This document shows positions 1-12,610 of a stretch of 64,000 bases of DNA, piece by piece (the stretch's first letter is position 1; every line of letters begins with the position of its first letter). Position numbers and translations under genes: made by a program. The stretch is from Azolla caroliniana (Eukaryota; Plantae; Polypodiophyta), in the NCBI GenBank assembly GCA_043228905.1, contig JBHGNT010000004.1, positions 15,066,001 to 15,130,000 of the forward strand, written 5' to 3'. The notes under the pieces were generated by a model. That model was not told the origin of the DNA, searched no databases, and saw only the letters and a program-made list of their open reading frames with translations.

Positions 1-1786
1 GGCAATGGAGTAGTCCTTGGGGATACGCAGGTGCGTATCTTGCTCTATGCAGACGACATAGTTTTGCTCTCTGAATCCGAACACGACCTACAAAGGCACC
101 TTAATGCCTTAGATGACTTTTGCACACAACGAGGATTGGTAGTGAATCTAGGAAAAACTAAAGTCCTTATCTTCCACACATCGGCCCAAGTTAGAGTTGA
201 GTGTCACCTAACTATCTCCCATAGCCCAGTTGAGGTGGTTGGATCATATGTCTATCTCGGAGTCACTTTCAGTGCCCGCTCAGGTAAATTTTCGATGACA
301 CAAGCAGCGAAGGATAGACTTACAAGAGGACATGCATCCCTCTCACTCCTTGAGAGACAATGCCACCAAGCATACTTCCAAGAGCCACGAACTAAAGGGT
401 GGCTCTTTGACTCATTAGTGACTCCCTCTCTCATGTATGCATCAGCGGTTTGGGCTCCAAGACTACCATCTTTCATGTGGACGCAATTAGAGAGACCATT
501 GGTGATGATGTTATCACGCCAACTCCGACGCAAATCATCGGTCCCACATGACATTATTAGGGCTGAGTTCACTCTACCCCCTGTGTTAGTAGAAGCACTT
601 TTTCAACTTGTAGGCTTTATCCACAGGATACATAACCAACCACTTGATAGAATATCCCACGAAGCCTTTAAGGCTTCTCGAGCACTGTATGAGTCCGGCT
701 ATACTAGCTCATGGTATGGCATGATGGGGAGTTGGCTTCTTGCCAACGGTCTAGAAATTAATAACCTCCCCCCCCTTAAGTACGACCACACCACTAATAA
801 CACTTTAATCTCTCATGAGGACCGTAATAAAGTAATACACCAAGAAATATGGCAAATTTATACTCGGTATAAATGGATCACCCCACTAGAGCCACTCCCA
901 TCTAAAATGTCGTACTATAAGGAACACTTTATGCACTTCGCTGAGTTAGGTTTTATCACGCGCCCAAAATATCTAGATGTATTCTTACCACATGCACTAA
1001 GGGTTGCCATTGGTCAACTTAGAATATCATCTCACCAACTTGAGATTGAGAATGGACGTACTGATGGAGTCCCTAGGGAGGAAAGGATATGTAGGTTATG
1101 CCACGTAGAGATAGAGGATGAGTACCATTTTACATGCAAATGCCCCACCTATGCCGAGATAAGGGCAAAATACCAAGACATACTTGGTTCCTCTCCCACC
1201 CTCCCTAAACTATTAGATACACTAGATATAAAGAAATTAGGTAGATACATCTTAGAATTGAAACAACACAGAGAGAATAAGTTACAAAACGTTGATAATA
1301 ATGTTGCTAATGTTTACCAACATGTAACAAATGAAGTTTTTCAGGAACAGGGGGAGACAATGAATGTCGACACACCTGCACCACTCGGGCTTTTCCTTGA
1401 TGAAGCAGAAAATCAAAGAAGAACCAAACGCCCTTGGATGCCGGGTTTCAAAGCAACTCGACGAGATGGAGAAGCAATAAAGAAAATAAGGGAACGTGAA
1501 CTACACCGCCTAGAAGCCATGGCTAGGGCACTCTATGCATCATGACCATGGGTCACACCCACACCAAAAACTTTTGACCTCCCACTTCTTTTTGAGAGAC
1601 TTGGGTGGAAATGAGATTAGGCTTAGTGCAAAGTTTTGTACACTACTAGAACTTTCTTAGCTTAAGCTATTTTCTTTTATTTTAGTTTTGATGATTGGAT
1701 AAACACTCATTTTTGTTGTAACCCAATTGTCTCATGGGCCAAATTTGGCCTTAGAAGACGTTAATATATCTTTCTTTCTTTCTTTC
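1..1786 (+). mobile_element. 3' part of a non-LTR retrotransposon (LINE, RTE/RTEX-like) inserted in the (CT)n tract of the 5' LTR of gypsy A; 5' end outside window
   Basis: ORF 31-1545 has the RT motif LLYADDIVLL, thumb YVYLGV and a C-terminal LRISSHQLEIE..CRLC..EDEYHF..C zinc motif. It ends in a hairpin, GAAGACGTTAATATA and a (TTTC)n tail at 1771-1786, after which the LTR sequence resumes. Confidence 0.85.
31..1545 (+). CDS. LINE ORF2, C-terminal part (RT, thumb, Cys/His domain), partial
   Basis: 504-aa open frame with YADD and C-terminal zinc-binding motif. Confidence 0.8.
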   Translation: MRILLYADDIVLLSESEHDLQRHLNALDDFCTQRGLVVNLGKTKVLIFHTSAQVRVECHLTISHSPVEVVGSYVYLGVTFSARSGKFSMTQAAKDRLTRGHASLSLLERQCHQAYFQEPRTKGWLFDSLVTPSLMYASAVWAPRLPSFMWTQLERPLVMMLSRQLRRKSSVPHDIIRAEFTLPPVLVEALFQLVGFIHRIHNQPLDRISHEAFKASRALYESGYTSSWYGMMGSWLLANGLEINNLPPLKYDHTTNNTLISHEDRNKVIHQEIWQIYTRYKWITPLEPLPSKMSYYKEHFMHFAELGFITRPKYLDVFLPHALRVAIGQLRISSHQLEIENGRTDGVPREERICRLCHVEIEDEYHFTCKCPTYAEIRAKYQDILGSSPTLPKLLDTLDIKKLGRYILELKQHRENKLQNVDNNVANVYQHVTNEVFQEQGETMNVDTPAPLGLFLDEAENQRRTKRPWMPGFKATRRDGEAIKKIRERELHRLEAMARALYAS

Positions 1787-1990
1787 TCTCCCTCCCTTTC
1801 ACTCACTCTTTCCTTCCCTCGAGAGTTCTTCACCTCTCTTAGTACTAATACTTCTTTTAGTACTAATTCCTTCTCTGTCTTAGTATTGTTCCTGAAAGTT
1901 TGAATCAATTTTGGTCGATCTTCCTTCTATATCTTCCTTTCCTCCTATTTCTTTTATCTTCTTATTAATCCTCTTATCCTCCCTAGTAAA

Positions 1991-3133
1991 ATGGAAACTG
2001 TTAGCGCTCAGGAATACCAATCTGTTTTCTCGGAGCTCCAGTGCTTAAAAGTGAAATTTGTAGCACTAGAACAAGAAAATCATTGTTTGTTGGGGGATCT
2101 TCAACAAATAGCGCTGGAAAAACAACAACAACATGGGGAGCTGACGTTACGTGTACAACAACTCGAAGCGACTATCATATCATTACAACAACAAGGATCA
2201 AGCACTCAAGGGATTCACAAAGAACCCAAGATCGGTCTTCCTGCAAAATTTGATGGGACTCGATCACAGTTTAGAGGATTTTTGAATCAGGTACGTTTAG
2301 TGATACAAATGCATCCTTCTTGATATCCCACCGATGCATCACGAGTGGGACTAGTAGGCACTCTCCTTAGTGGCTCAACGTTAGCATGGTTTGCTCCATT
2401 GTTGGAAAAGGAATCTCCATTACTAAATAGTTTTGAAGAATTTATAAGTGAGTTTAAGGCCTGTTTTGGAGATACTGACAGCATAAGGACTGCAATCAAC
2501 AAATTCCGGCAATTACGCCAAGGTGATCGTCCAGCCTCCGCATATGCTGCAGATTTCCGCCTACTCGCTGCTGATATCCCTTGAGATGATCACGCATTGA
2601 TGGAGCAATTCCGTTATGGCTTACGCAACGATGTCAAGGATTTACTCTTGACCTTCCCCGAAGAGCCAAAATCATTAACAAAAGCAATTAGTTGCGCGGT
2701 GAGATGCGACAACCGCCTCTTCGAACGACGTTCGGAACGACAATTCCAGATTCCGAGGGTAAGATCAGAGCCTACCTACGCCTCAGTGGTAGCAAAACCT
2801 TTTCCGAGGGAGTCATATAATGTGCCTCCAGTAAGTACTCCAACTCCGATGGAAATTGACACCACACGTCGTCGTGGACCTCTATCAGAAGAATAAAAGC
2901 AACGACGTCGAGCAAACCGACTATGTCTTTATTGCGGTGGACCGGGGCATATCGCGGTAAATTGTCCCCATAGGCCAAGAAGGCAGGTAAACCAAATAGT
3001 TGCTAGTTCTAATTGTACTAAACCCGAGTCTATTTCAGTAGGGATATTTGATAGTCCTAATAGTACTAATAGCCCAAATCTAGCGAACAAATTTGATGTC
3101 CTTAGTCAGTTAGAGGAAGAGTTAAACGACTGA
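1991..3133 (+). pseudogene. gag of gypsy A (premature stops)
   Basis: EPKIGLPAKFDG, WFAPLLE, LRQGDRPASAYAADF, PMEID and CLYCGGPGHIAVNC, broken by stop codons. Confidence 0.85.
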
Positions 3134-3760
3134 GTCCAGCCAAAATAGGAGTCGTTTGGTTGGACAACCCTAGATCTGTGCAGCCCATTAGTGGTTCCAT
3201 TCCCTCTAAGCAAGTTAGTTATGTGTTCGTAGCCCAAGTAACAGTTAGTACTAAAAGTACTCCTCCAGTACATGTCTTAGCACTTCTAGATTCCGGAGCT
3301 AATTCTTGCTTCATAGATAGGAAATTTGCCCAAGCTCATCAGATATCTCTCAGAAAACACCCGTGTCCTGCCTCTGTAGTAGTCATTGATGGTCGTCCCA
3401 TTGCTTCCGGAAATATCATAGAAGAGTCAGAGCCCGTTAATATTGTCCTAGATAATCTAGCATGTGTCGTATCATTTAATATAATTAGCATCCCAGAACA
3501 CCCCATTGTCTTAGGATTACCATGGTTCGAATTACATAACCCAGTCATAGATTGGTGGACAAGAGAAATCCGGCATCGAAAAGCCCGAGGGTCTACTCAT
3601 GAGATTGCAACGATTTCACTACATCAGTTGCATGAGGAAGGACGCAAGGAAGAAATGTTCCTCTTTGCAATATCAGTAAAACCCTCCAGCACCACCAAAT
3701 GTTGGGAGACAGGTCCCTCCGGATGGGAAGGGAGAAGAACAATGCCGATGAACAAACTCA

Positions 3761-4030
3761 GATGAGGAGTACCCGGCTACGGAGAGTCGGATGGTGCAGG
3801 CCCGGTGAGAACCGGATGAGGAGCACCCGGCTACGGAGAGCCGGATGATACAGACCCGGTGAAGACCGGATGAGGAGTACCCGGCTATGGAGAGCCGGAT
3901 GGTGTAGGCCCGGTGAGAACCGGATGAGGAGTACCCGGCTACGGAGAGCCAGATGGTGCAGGCCCGGTGAGAACCGGATGAGGAGCACCCGACTACGGAG
4001 AGCCGGATGACGTAGACCCGGTGAGAACCG
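3761..4030 (+). repeat. 5 x 54-bp CCGG-rich tandem repeat in U3 of copia E 5' LTR (also ~8650-8920 in the 3' LTR)
   Basis: GATGAGGAG recurs at 3761, 3815, 3869, 3923 and 3977. Confidence 0.92.
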
Positions 4031-4532
4031 AAGGAAGAGACATATTCGTAAATATGTTTCTGAGAGCCCATCGAGGCTACATTTGTAAATAGCCAAAAAG
4101 TCATATTAGTATAAATATGACTTAGGGCAAACTTTTTTTGTTGTTGTCATTGTTGTCATTTTCTTGTTGGTGTAAGAAGAAGAGAGAGCGCGTAACTGTA
4201 CAGAGAGAGAGAGAGAGAACGAGGTCGTTGCCTCTGTTGTAACCGCCGCCTGTGGCGAAGATCGTGAGCACGAGGTCGTTGCCTCCGTGAACTCACTGTT
4301 TGTACATTCTTACATAGTGACAGTTTGCAGCCTGTGGGTTGCCGTGGTTTTTCCCCTAGTTTGGGGTTTTCCACGTAAACCTCCTGTGTATTGTGTGTAT
4401 CCTCTCTCACCTCGTGTCGTGCATTTGTTTCCCGTTTTCTGCGTATGAAAAGAAGCTCGATTGTGGCCAAGCGTTGGACATAAGGAGCGTTGAGTTCCCG
4501 TCAAGTGGTATCAGAGCAGGAGGACACAAAAA

Positions 4533-7500
4533 ATGGACGAATCGTTAGGCGGCATGTTCAAGCTCACCGGCTCCAACTATTCAGTGTGGAAGTCGAAGAT
4601 GAGAGACATGCTTGTGGTTAAAGACCTCTGGCTACCGGTTCAGTTCGGGGACAAGAGACCGGACAAAATCGACGCCGCGATATGGGAGGTGATGCATATG
4701 AAGACAACGGCGTACATACGGTGCTTCATCGACATGAGCCTATACAACAACTTCAATGAAGAGAGCAAGGCTCATGAGCTCTGGGAGAAGATCGGCATAA
4801 TGTTTCAAAACAAAAATGCTGTCAATCAGGTGTCGGTATTCCGGAAGCTAGTAAGACTCCGGTACCAAGATGGCTCCAGCATGGCGGAGCACATGAATGC
4901 CTTCCAGGGGCTGATACACCAGGCAACTTCATTGGAAGTACCTCTTGCCGATGAGGTACTAGCGCTACTCCTGCTCGGTTCCCTCCCGGATAGTTGGGAG
5001 ACGTTGGTTGTCACTTTGGGCAACGCCGGGCCGGAAGGAAAAAGGTTATCCCTAGCAAGGGTGAAGTCAAGATTGCTAGATGAGGAGGCGCGCCGGAAAG
5101 ATAAGGACACGAGCTCCGACTCCAAAGCGCTCCTTACCGAATCGGAACGAGGAAGACAAAGAAACCGTAGTCCCCAGAACCAGGAGAAGTCGGGGACACG
5201 GTCAAAGTCAAGGGGGAGGCCCACTTGCTTCTATTGCGGCAAGCCGGGTCATTTCCAAAAGAATTGTCAGCATTTCCATAAAGACAAGGAAACCGACGGT
5301 ACCGATTCGAAGCGGACCCCGGACCGGAATGGTAAAGACCGGAGGGGGCCGGACCGGAAGGGAACGACGGCAATCGCGGCGAGTGAAGAAGAGTTGATGC
5401 TCATCACCGAGGAGAGTGAGATAAACCTTGCCGGCGACGAGATGACCTGGGTGGTAGACTCCGGAGCGTCGTTCCACCTTACCCCGGACCGGAAATGCTT
5501 CTCATCCTACTCAACCGGTGATCACGGCTGTGTCCGGATGGGGAATGAAGGTACATGCCGAATTGTCGGCATAGGAGACGTGTGGCTGACGACACCAACC
5601 GGATGCAAGTTGTTGCTGAAGGATGTACGACACGTTCCAGAGGTTCGACTAAACCTGATATCAGTCGGTCGGCTAGATGATGAAGGCTACATGGGTAGCA
5701 TCCGGAACGGTGTCATGAAGTTCAGCAAAGGGAGCCTGATTGTGGCTCGGGCCCAGAAGGTCAACACATTGTACCTGATGAATGCCCAGTTATGCCCGGA
5801 AGAAGTGAACGTGGCATCCGACACTGCCGGTGAGCTGTGGGACAAGAGGCTGTGCCATATGAGCGAGAAGGGGATGAAGAGGCTTGCAGACGACAACCTC
5901 ATTCCAGTGAAGAACGTGCACTTAGAGAAGTGCGATGATTGTCTGGCCGGTAAGCAAAACCGGACCTCCTTCCGACCAAGGCCACCGATGAGACGTAATG
6001 CACCACTGGAGTTGGTGCATATGGATGTGTGTCAAGTAGACACGAAGTCACATGCTGGAGCGCAGTACTTCGTGACCTTCATAGATGACCACAGCCGGAA
6101 GTTGTGGGCCACACCGTTGAAGACGAAGGATCGGGTGTTATCCGTCTTCAAAGAGCTCCACGCGAGAGTGGAAAGAGAAACCGGCCGGAAGCTGAAGGCG
6201 GTTCGAGCAGATAACGGAGGAGAGTACCGGGGGCAGTTCGAGGAGTACTGCCGCTCGAAGGGAATCCGGCTCGAATTTACCGTGCCGAAGACGCCGGAAC
6301 TAAACGGACTGGCCGAGAGGATGAACCGGACCATAATGGAGAGGGTCCGGAGTATGCTAGCGCATGCAAAACTAACCAAGAAGTTTTGGGTTGAGGCATT
6401 GTCGACAGCGACATACGTGATAAACAGATCACCCTCAGTACCCTTGGACGGACACATGCCACAGAGAGTGTGGACCGGTAAGGACGTGTCCTACCGGCAT
6501 CTGAAGGTGTTCGGGTGTCTCGCGTACGTGCATGTAGCTAAGGACCGGAGAGGAAAGTTAGATCCAAAGACCCGGCCATGCATATTCCTCGGTTACGGTG
6601 ACGATGAGTTCGGCTACCGAGTGTGGGACCCGGTCGACAAGAAGGTATTCCGGAGTCGAGATATTATCTTCATGGAGGACAAGACGCTCGCCGACTGGGA
6701 GTCGGAGAAGAAGATGATGAACTCCGAGTCGACCGGTAAGGATCGACTCTACGATGAGCAGACCCAACCGGCAAGAGACCGGTTAGCACTCGAAGAACCA
6801 GCCGGATACGGTGAGGATACCGAACCGGCAGAAGAAGAAGTAGAGGAAGCAGAGACTGGAACCGGCCAAGACCCCAAATCGGATTCGGAAGAAGAGCAAA
6901 TGGAGGAGCCGGTTACCGAAGCCCGAAGACGTAGATATCCTCTCAGAGAGAGAAGGGCCCCCCGGAGATTTCCGGATGCAGAGCATGTTCTACTGACCGG
7001 TGAAGGGGAGCCGGAAAGCTTCGAAGAAGCGAAGGTTGACACCCACAACCGAAAATGGTTAAGTGCCATGCAGGACGAGATGGACTCCCTGCATGAGAAC
7101 CATACGTACGAATTGGTGGAGTTGCCGAAAGGAAAGCAGGCACTCCGAAACAAGTGGGTGTACAAGTTGAAACCGGGAGATGCCGGAAACCCCCCGAGAT
7201 ACAAAGCCAGGATCGTGGTGAAGGGGTTCCAACAGAAGAAGGGTGTGGACTTCGACGAGATATTTGCCCCGGTAGTAAAGATGACCTCCATCCGGACGGT
7301 GCTGAGTATATCAGCAAGCATGGACCTCGAGGTAGAGTAGCTGGACGTGAAGACGACATTCCTTCACGACGACCTCGAAGAGGAGATCTACATGCAGCAA
7401 CCAGAAGGATTCATGGAGAAAGGGAAGGAGCACCTGGTATGCCGGCTGAAGAAGAGCCTTTACGGACTGAAGCAGGCTCCCCGACAATGGTACCGGAAGT

Positions 7501-8579
7501 TCGACTCCTTCATGACCGATCAAGGGTACCACAAGACGCAGGCCGATCATTGTGTGTTTGTGAAGAAGTTCGAAGGAGGCGACTTCCTGATACTCCTTCT
7601 GTACGTGGATGACATGTTGATCGTCGGACGGGATCAAGTCAAAATACGGATGCTGAAGAAGGCTCTCAACCGGACCTTCTCAATGAAAGACTTGGGTCCG
7701 GCAAGACAGATGTTGGGGATGCACATCATCCGGAACCGGTCAGCGAAGCAATTATGGCTGTCACAGGAGAAGTACGTGACAAAGGTGCTTCACCGGTTCA
7801 ACATGTCAGAAGCAAAACCGGTCGGATCAACACTTCCGGAAAACTGCAAGCTATCTGGCAAGCAAAGCCCGAAGACGAAAGCAGAGAAGGCGGATATGAT
7901 GAAGATTCCATATGCCTCTGCCGTCGGGAGCTTGATGTACGCAATGGTTTGTACTCGACCGGATATAGGATACGCAGTCGGAGTGGTGAGCCGGTTCATG
8001 AGCAATCCCGGCAAGGAGCACTGGAACGCGGTCAAATGGATACTCCGGTATTTGAAGGGCACTTCAAATATGTGTCTCCGATTCGGCTCCGGAAAACCTC
8101 AACTGGACGGTTTCACCGATTCGGACATGTCGGCTGATGTGGATACCAGCCGGTCTACATCCGGGTATGTGATGACATATGCAGGGGGAGCTATTTCGTG
8201 GCAGTCGAGGCTGCAGAAGACGGTTGCATTGTCAACCACGGAGGCGGAGTACATGGCAGTTGTGGAAGCCGGCAAGGAAATATTATGGATGAAGGACTTC
8301 ATCGGAGAGCTCGGTATCCAGCAAGAGGAATACCGACTCTATTGCGACAGTCAAAGTGCCATCCACCTTGCTAAGAATGCGGCCTATCATTCTCGGACGA
8401 AGCATATCCAGCGGAGGTACCACTGGATCCGGGAAAGAATAGATGACCAGGAGTTCGCACTGACGAAGATCCACACGGCCGAGAACGGGTCAGATATGCT
8501 GACCAAAGTGCTGACACCCGACAAGCTTGACGCATGCCGGAAGAGGATCGGACTGGTAAGACACCCCATGCCGGAGTGA
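4533..8579 (+). pseudogene. Copia E gag-pol polyprotein with a single in-frame stop (TAG 7338-7340)
   Basis: CFYCGKPGHFQKNC, WVVDSGAS, integrase, YVDD RT and RNase H in one frame; VE*LDVKT where VEQLDVKT is expected. Confidence 0.93.
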
Positions 8580-11500
8580 AGGGGGAGTTTGTTGGGAGAC
8601 AGGTCCCTCCGGATGGGAAGGGAGAAGAATAGTGCCGATGAACAAACCGGATGAGGAGTACCCGGCTACGGAGAGCCGGATGGTGCAGGCCCAATGAGAA
8701 CCGGATGAGGAGCACCCGGCTACGGAGAGCCGGATGATACAGACCCGGTGAAGACCGGATGAGGAGTACCCGGCTACGGAGAGCTGGATGGTGCAGGCCC
8801 GGTGAGAACCGGATGAGGAGTACTCGGCTACGGAGAGCCGGATGGTGCAGGCCCGGTGAGAACCGGATGAGGAGCACCCGACTACGGAGAGCCGGATGAC
8901 GCAGACCCGGTGAGAACCGAAGGAAGAGACATATTCGTAAATATGTTTCTGAGAGCCCATCGAGGCTACATTTGTAAATAGCCAAAAAGTCATATTAGTA
9001 TAAATATGACTTAGGGCAAACTTTTTTTGTTGTTGTCATTGTTGTCATTTTCTTGTTGGTTGCAAGAAGAAGAGAGAGCGTGTAACTGTACAGAGAGAGA
9101 GAGAGAGAGAACGAGGTCGTTGCCTCTGTTGTAACCGCCGCCTATGGCGAAGATCGTGAGCACGAGGTCGTTGCCTCCGTGAACTCACTGTTTGTACATT
9201 CTTACATAGTGACAGTTTGCAGCCTGTGGGCTGCCGTGGTTTTCCCCCTAGTTTGGGGTTTTCCACGTAAACCTCCTGTGTATTGTGTGTATCCTCTCTC
9301 ACCTCGTGTCGTGCATTTGTTTCCCGTTTTCTGCGTATGAAAAGAAGCTCGGTTGTGGCCAAGCGTCAGACATAAGGAGCGTTGAGTTCCTGTCACCAAA
9401 GAGGAATCCACCGTTCAATTTCGAGAGAAGTATCGTCATTATGCCGATGTGTTTGATAAAGTACAAGCCAATACGCTTCCTCACCATCGACCATATGATT
9501 GCCCCATCGATTTACAACCGGGGAAAGAGCCACCATGGGGACCGATCTACAATCTGTCACCAACCGAATTGGAAGTCCTTCGAGCCTATATAGAGGAGAA
9601 TTTGGAGAATGGTTTCATACGGCATTCGAAATCTCCAGCCGGCGCACCCATTTTCTTCGTCAAGAAAAAAGATGGCTCACTTCGTCTCATTGTAGATTAT
9701 CGTGGCTTGAATAAGGTTACAATCCGAAATAGGTATGCACTCCCCCTTATCTCAAGTCTTTTAGAACGGATCAATGGTGCCAGGTTCTTCACGAAGATCG
9801 ACTTACGGGGAGCCTATAACCTCGTACGGATCCGACCAGGAGATGAATGGAAGACCGCGTTCCGCACCAGATATGGGCACTTCAAGTATACGGTCATGCC
9901 GTTCGGCCTCACTAATGCGCCAGCAGTCTTCCAACACATGGCAAATGATATTTTCCGAGATCTCTTGGATGTATGTCTAATCATCTATTTGGATGATCTA
10001 CTGGTTTACTCAAAGACCCAAGAAGAGCATGATTCTCATGTATTGTTAGTACTAAAATGACTTTGAGAACATGGTCTTTATCCAAAGCTGGAAAAATGTA
10101 GTTTCGGGTGCAACCAGGTGTAATTTCTCGGCTATGTCATCTCCTCAGAAGGCATCTCCATGGACCCAGCTAAGGTCAAAACGGTGGTAGAATGGCAGAC
10201 TCTGCGTTCGGTGCGGGATGTGCAATGCTTTCTCGGCTTTGCCAATTTTTACCAAAAGTTTATAAAGGATTACTCAAAGCTTGTTTTGCCTCTTACACAA
10301 CTTACTAGGAAGGGACAATCGTTCGTTTGGTCTGAAGAAGCGGACATGGCTTTTGAGAATCTTAAACAGGCATTTACATCGGCTCCGATTCTAGCTCACG
10401 TTGATCCAGAAAAACCATTCATCATCGAAGCGGACGCATCGGATTTTGCATTGGGGAGCATTCTATCACAACGAGGTAATAATGAAAAGCTACATCCTGT
10501 GGCTTTTCATTCACGCAAGTTTGACGCCGTCGAAATCAACTACGAAATTCATGATAAAGAGCTATTGGCTATAGTGGACTCTTTTATGCAATGGAGGCAT
10601 TTTCTAGAGGGATCTTCTCATCAAGTCATTGTATTCAGTGACCACAAAAACCTCGCCTATTTTCAAGACGCTCATGTATTAAATCGACGTCAAGCTCGGT
10701 GGGCCCATTTTCTCACACGTTTCGACTTCAAGATTACATATCGACCTGGGAAGCATCAAGGGAAAGCAGATGCATTATCACGACGTTCGTACCTAGCACC
10801 GCGTCTCAGCGAGCCAGCTTTCGATAACCAAAAGCAAGTAATCTTGGAACCGGCACAACTGCAAGCAACACAGGTCTTTGGCATGCCCATGGATTCCCAC
10901 GTTATCAATATCATACGTGGAGACCTGAAGACGGATGCTTTCGCCCAAGCTATACTAGCACAAATTGATCCCTCTCGAGCGTTGTGTTCACAGTCGCAAC
11001 CACCAGGTACGGACTATCGGCAATTCAAATACCATGATGGATTACTCTTCTTTAAAGAACTTTTATATGTTCCTAATGGTTCTTGCCGCCTTCGAATAGT
11101 ACAAAACTGTCATGACACATATACATCTGGGCATTTTGGTAGTACTAAAACATTAGATTTAGTACAACAATCATTCTGGTGGCCTCGTATGCGACAATTT
11201 GTCGAAGATTTTGTTCAAACTTGTGATATATGCTATAGAGAGAAAATGCCAAGGCATCATCCATATGGTTTATTAGAACCATTACCAATTCCAAGCAAGT
11301 CATGGCAATCCATTGCTCTAGACTTCATCACAGATCTTCCAGTCTCTAAGGGGTTCAATGCAATTCTAATAGTGGTAGATCGATATACGAAGATGGCTCA
11401 TTTCTTGCCATGTACTAAGGAAATCTCTAGTGAAGACACCGCTGAAATTGTCATGCGTGAAGTATGTCGGCATCATGGACTTCCCGATAGTATCATCAAC

Positions 11501-11759
11501 GACCGTGAACCCCAGTTCGTGTCAAAATTCTGGAAGCACCTTTTCAAAATGCTCAAGGTCACTTGTAACCTCTCCTCCGGCTACCACCCACAAACCGACG
11601 GCCAAGCCGAACGAACCAATCAAACGCTAGAGCAGTATCTGCAGTGCTTTCTCAGCTATCATCAGGATGATTGAGCAGATATTCTCCACTTCGCCGAATT
11701 TGCCTATAATAACTCTATCCACGCATCGACTAAAGTTACACCATTTTATGCTTATACGG

Positions 11760-12610
11760 TGTCGCGATGTTTCGTGCTTGCGTATAGAAGGGGCGGGACC
11801 ACGGCGGTCTTGGACTAGGGAGTGACGGAGCGTAGGAAGCCGACTTCTCTCCGGTCCCGGTTGCGCTGGTGGTGGCGCGAACCGGAGCGATTCCGGACAC
11901 GTACCGGTGGCTACCAAACGCGAGAGAGGAAGAGAGGGCGAGGACACGCGTGCAACACCGACACAACGCACACCTCTTATGTACAGGAAACACAGGGAAG
12001 GGAAAGCACCCGACACCGAGAGAGACACAAATATGCACAACCCTGTATATATATATAAATATAATGACAAGAGTGAGTAACAAACGCTACTCCGACTCGG
12101 ACTGAGGTAGGCTAGATCGCAACGGCAATCTGCCGCCAAGCCGTCGTCGGGGAGCTCTCGGGCTCATCGCGCCGAGTGTGGTCTTGCACAGGAGGCCGAG
12201 CGGAAGCAATCTACAACAGGGAGAGATACCACCTCGGCCGCGAGCCGGCTATGCACAGAAGAAGAAAACTAACCTAACAGCTTGTCGTCATAGCTCCTGC
12301 TCGACTCCTCGAGAAGAAGCAGAAAAGAAACGAAGAAGAGAAAGAATGTAGCTAACCCTAGAAACACAAAATGGTATACCCTTAGGACTCAAAATGGGCA
12401 ACCCCTCTACAAGGGACCATCCCTTCCTTTTATAGAACAAGGAGGGGGATGCGTTATAATGTGGGATAAATCCCGATTTACATGGGATTCTTCGTCCCAA
12501 CTTAACTCCTATTATTCACACAATTATACGAGGGTGAGTGCACATGGTGCATCCCGCCGATGTAGCCAATATTTCTTGGTTTCCGCCTCTGTCTGAAATT
12601 CTTCATGACA
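11760..12610 (-). mobile_element. Solo LTR F (851 bp) with 4-bp TSD
   Basis: TGTCGCGA..TCATGACA termini, ACGG on both sides; removal restores the pol frame YAYTGCHPR; TATAAAAGG on the minus strand. Confidence 0.8.

Larger units (their letters stand above)
3700..9395 (+). mobile_element. Copia E: full-length Tork/Tnt1-like LTR retrotransposon
   Basis: LTRs 3700-4503 and 8590-9395 (TG..CA), 5-bp TSD CCAAA, tRNA-iMet PBS TGGTATCAGAGC at 4506-4517, PPT GAAGGGGGAG before 8590. Confidence 0.97.

Noticed and set aside
3673-4104. Minus-strand ORFs with 18-aa repeats (also 8371-8993)
   Set aside because: Translations of the 54-bp LTR repeat with no other coding evidence.
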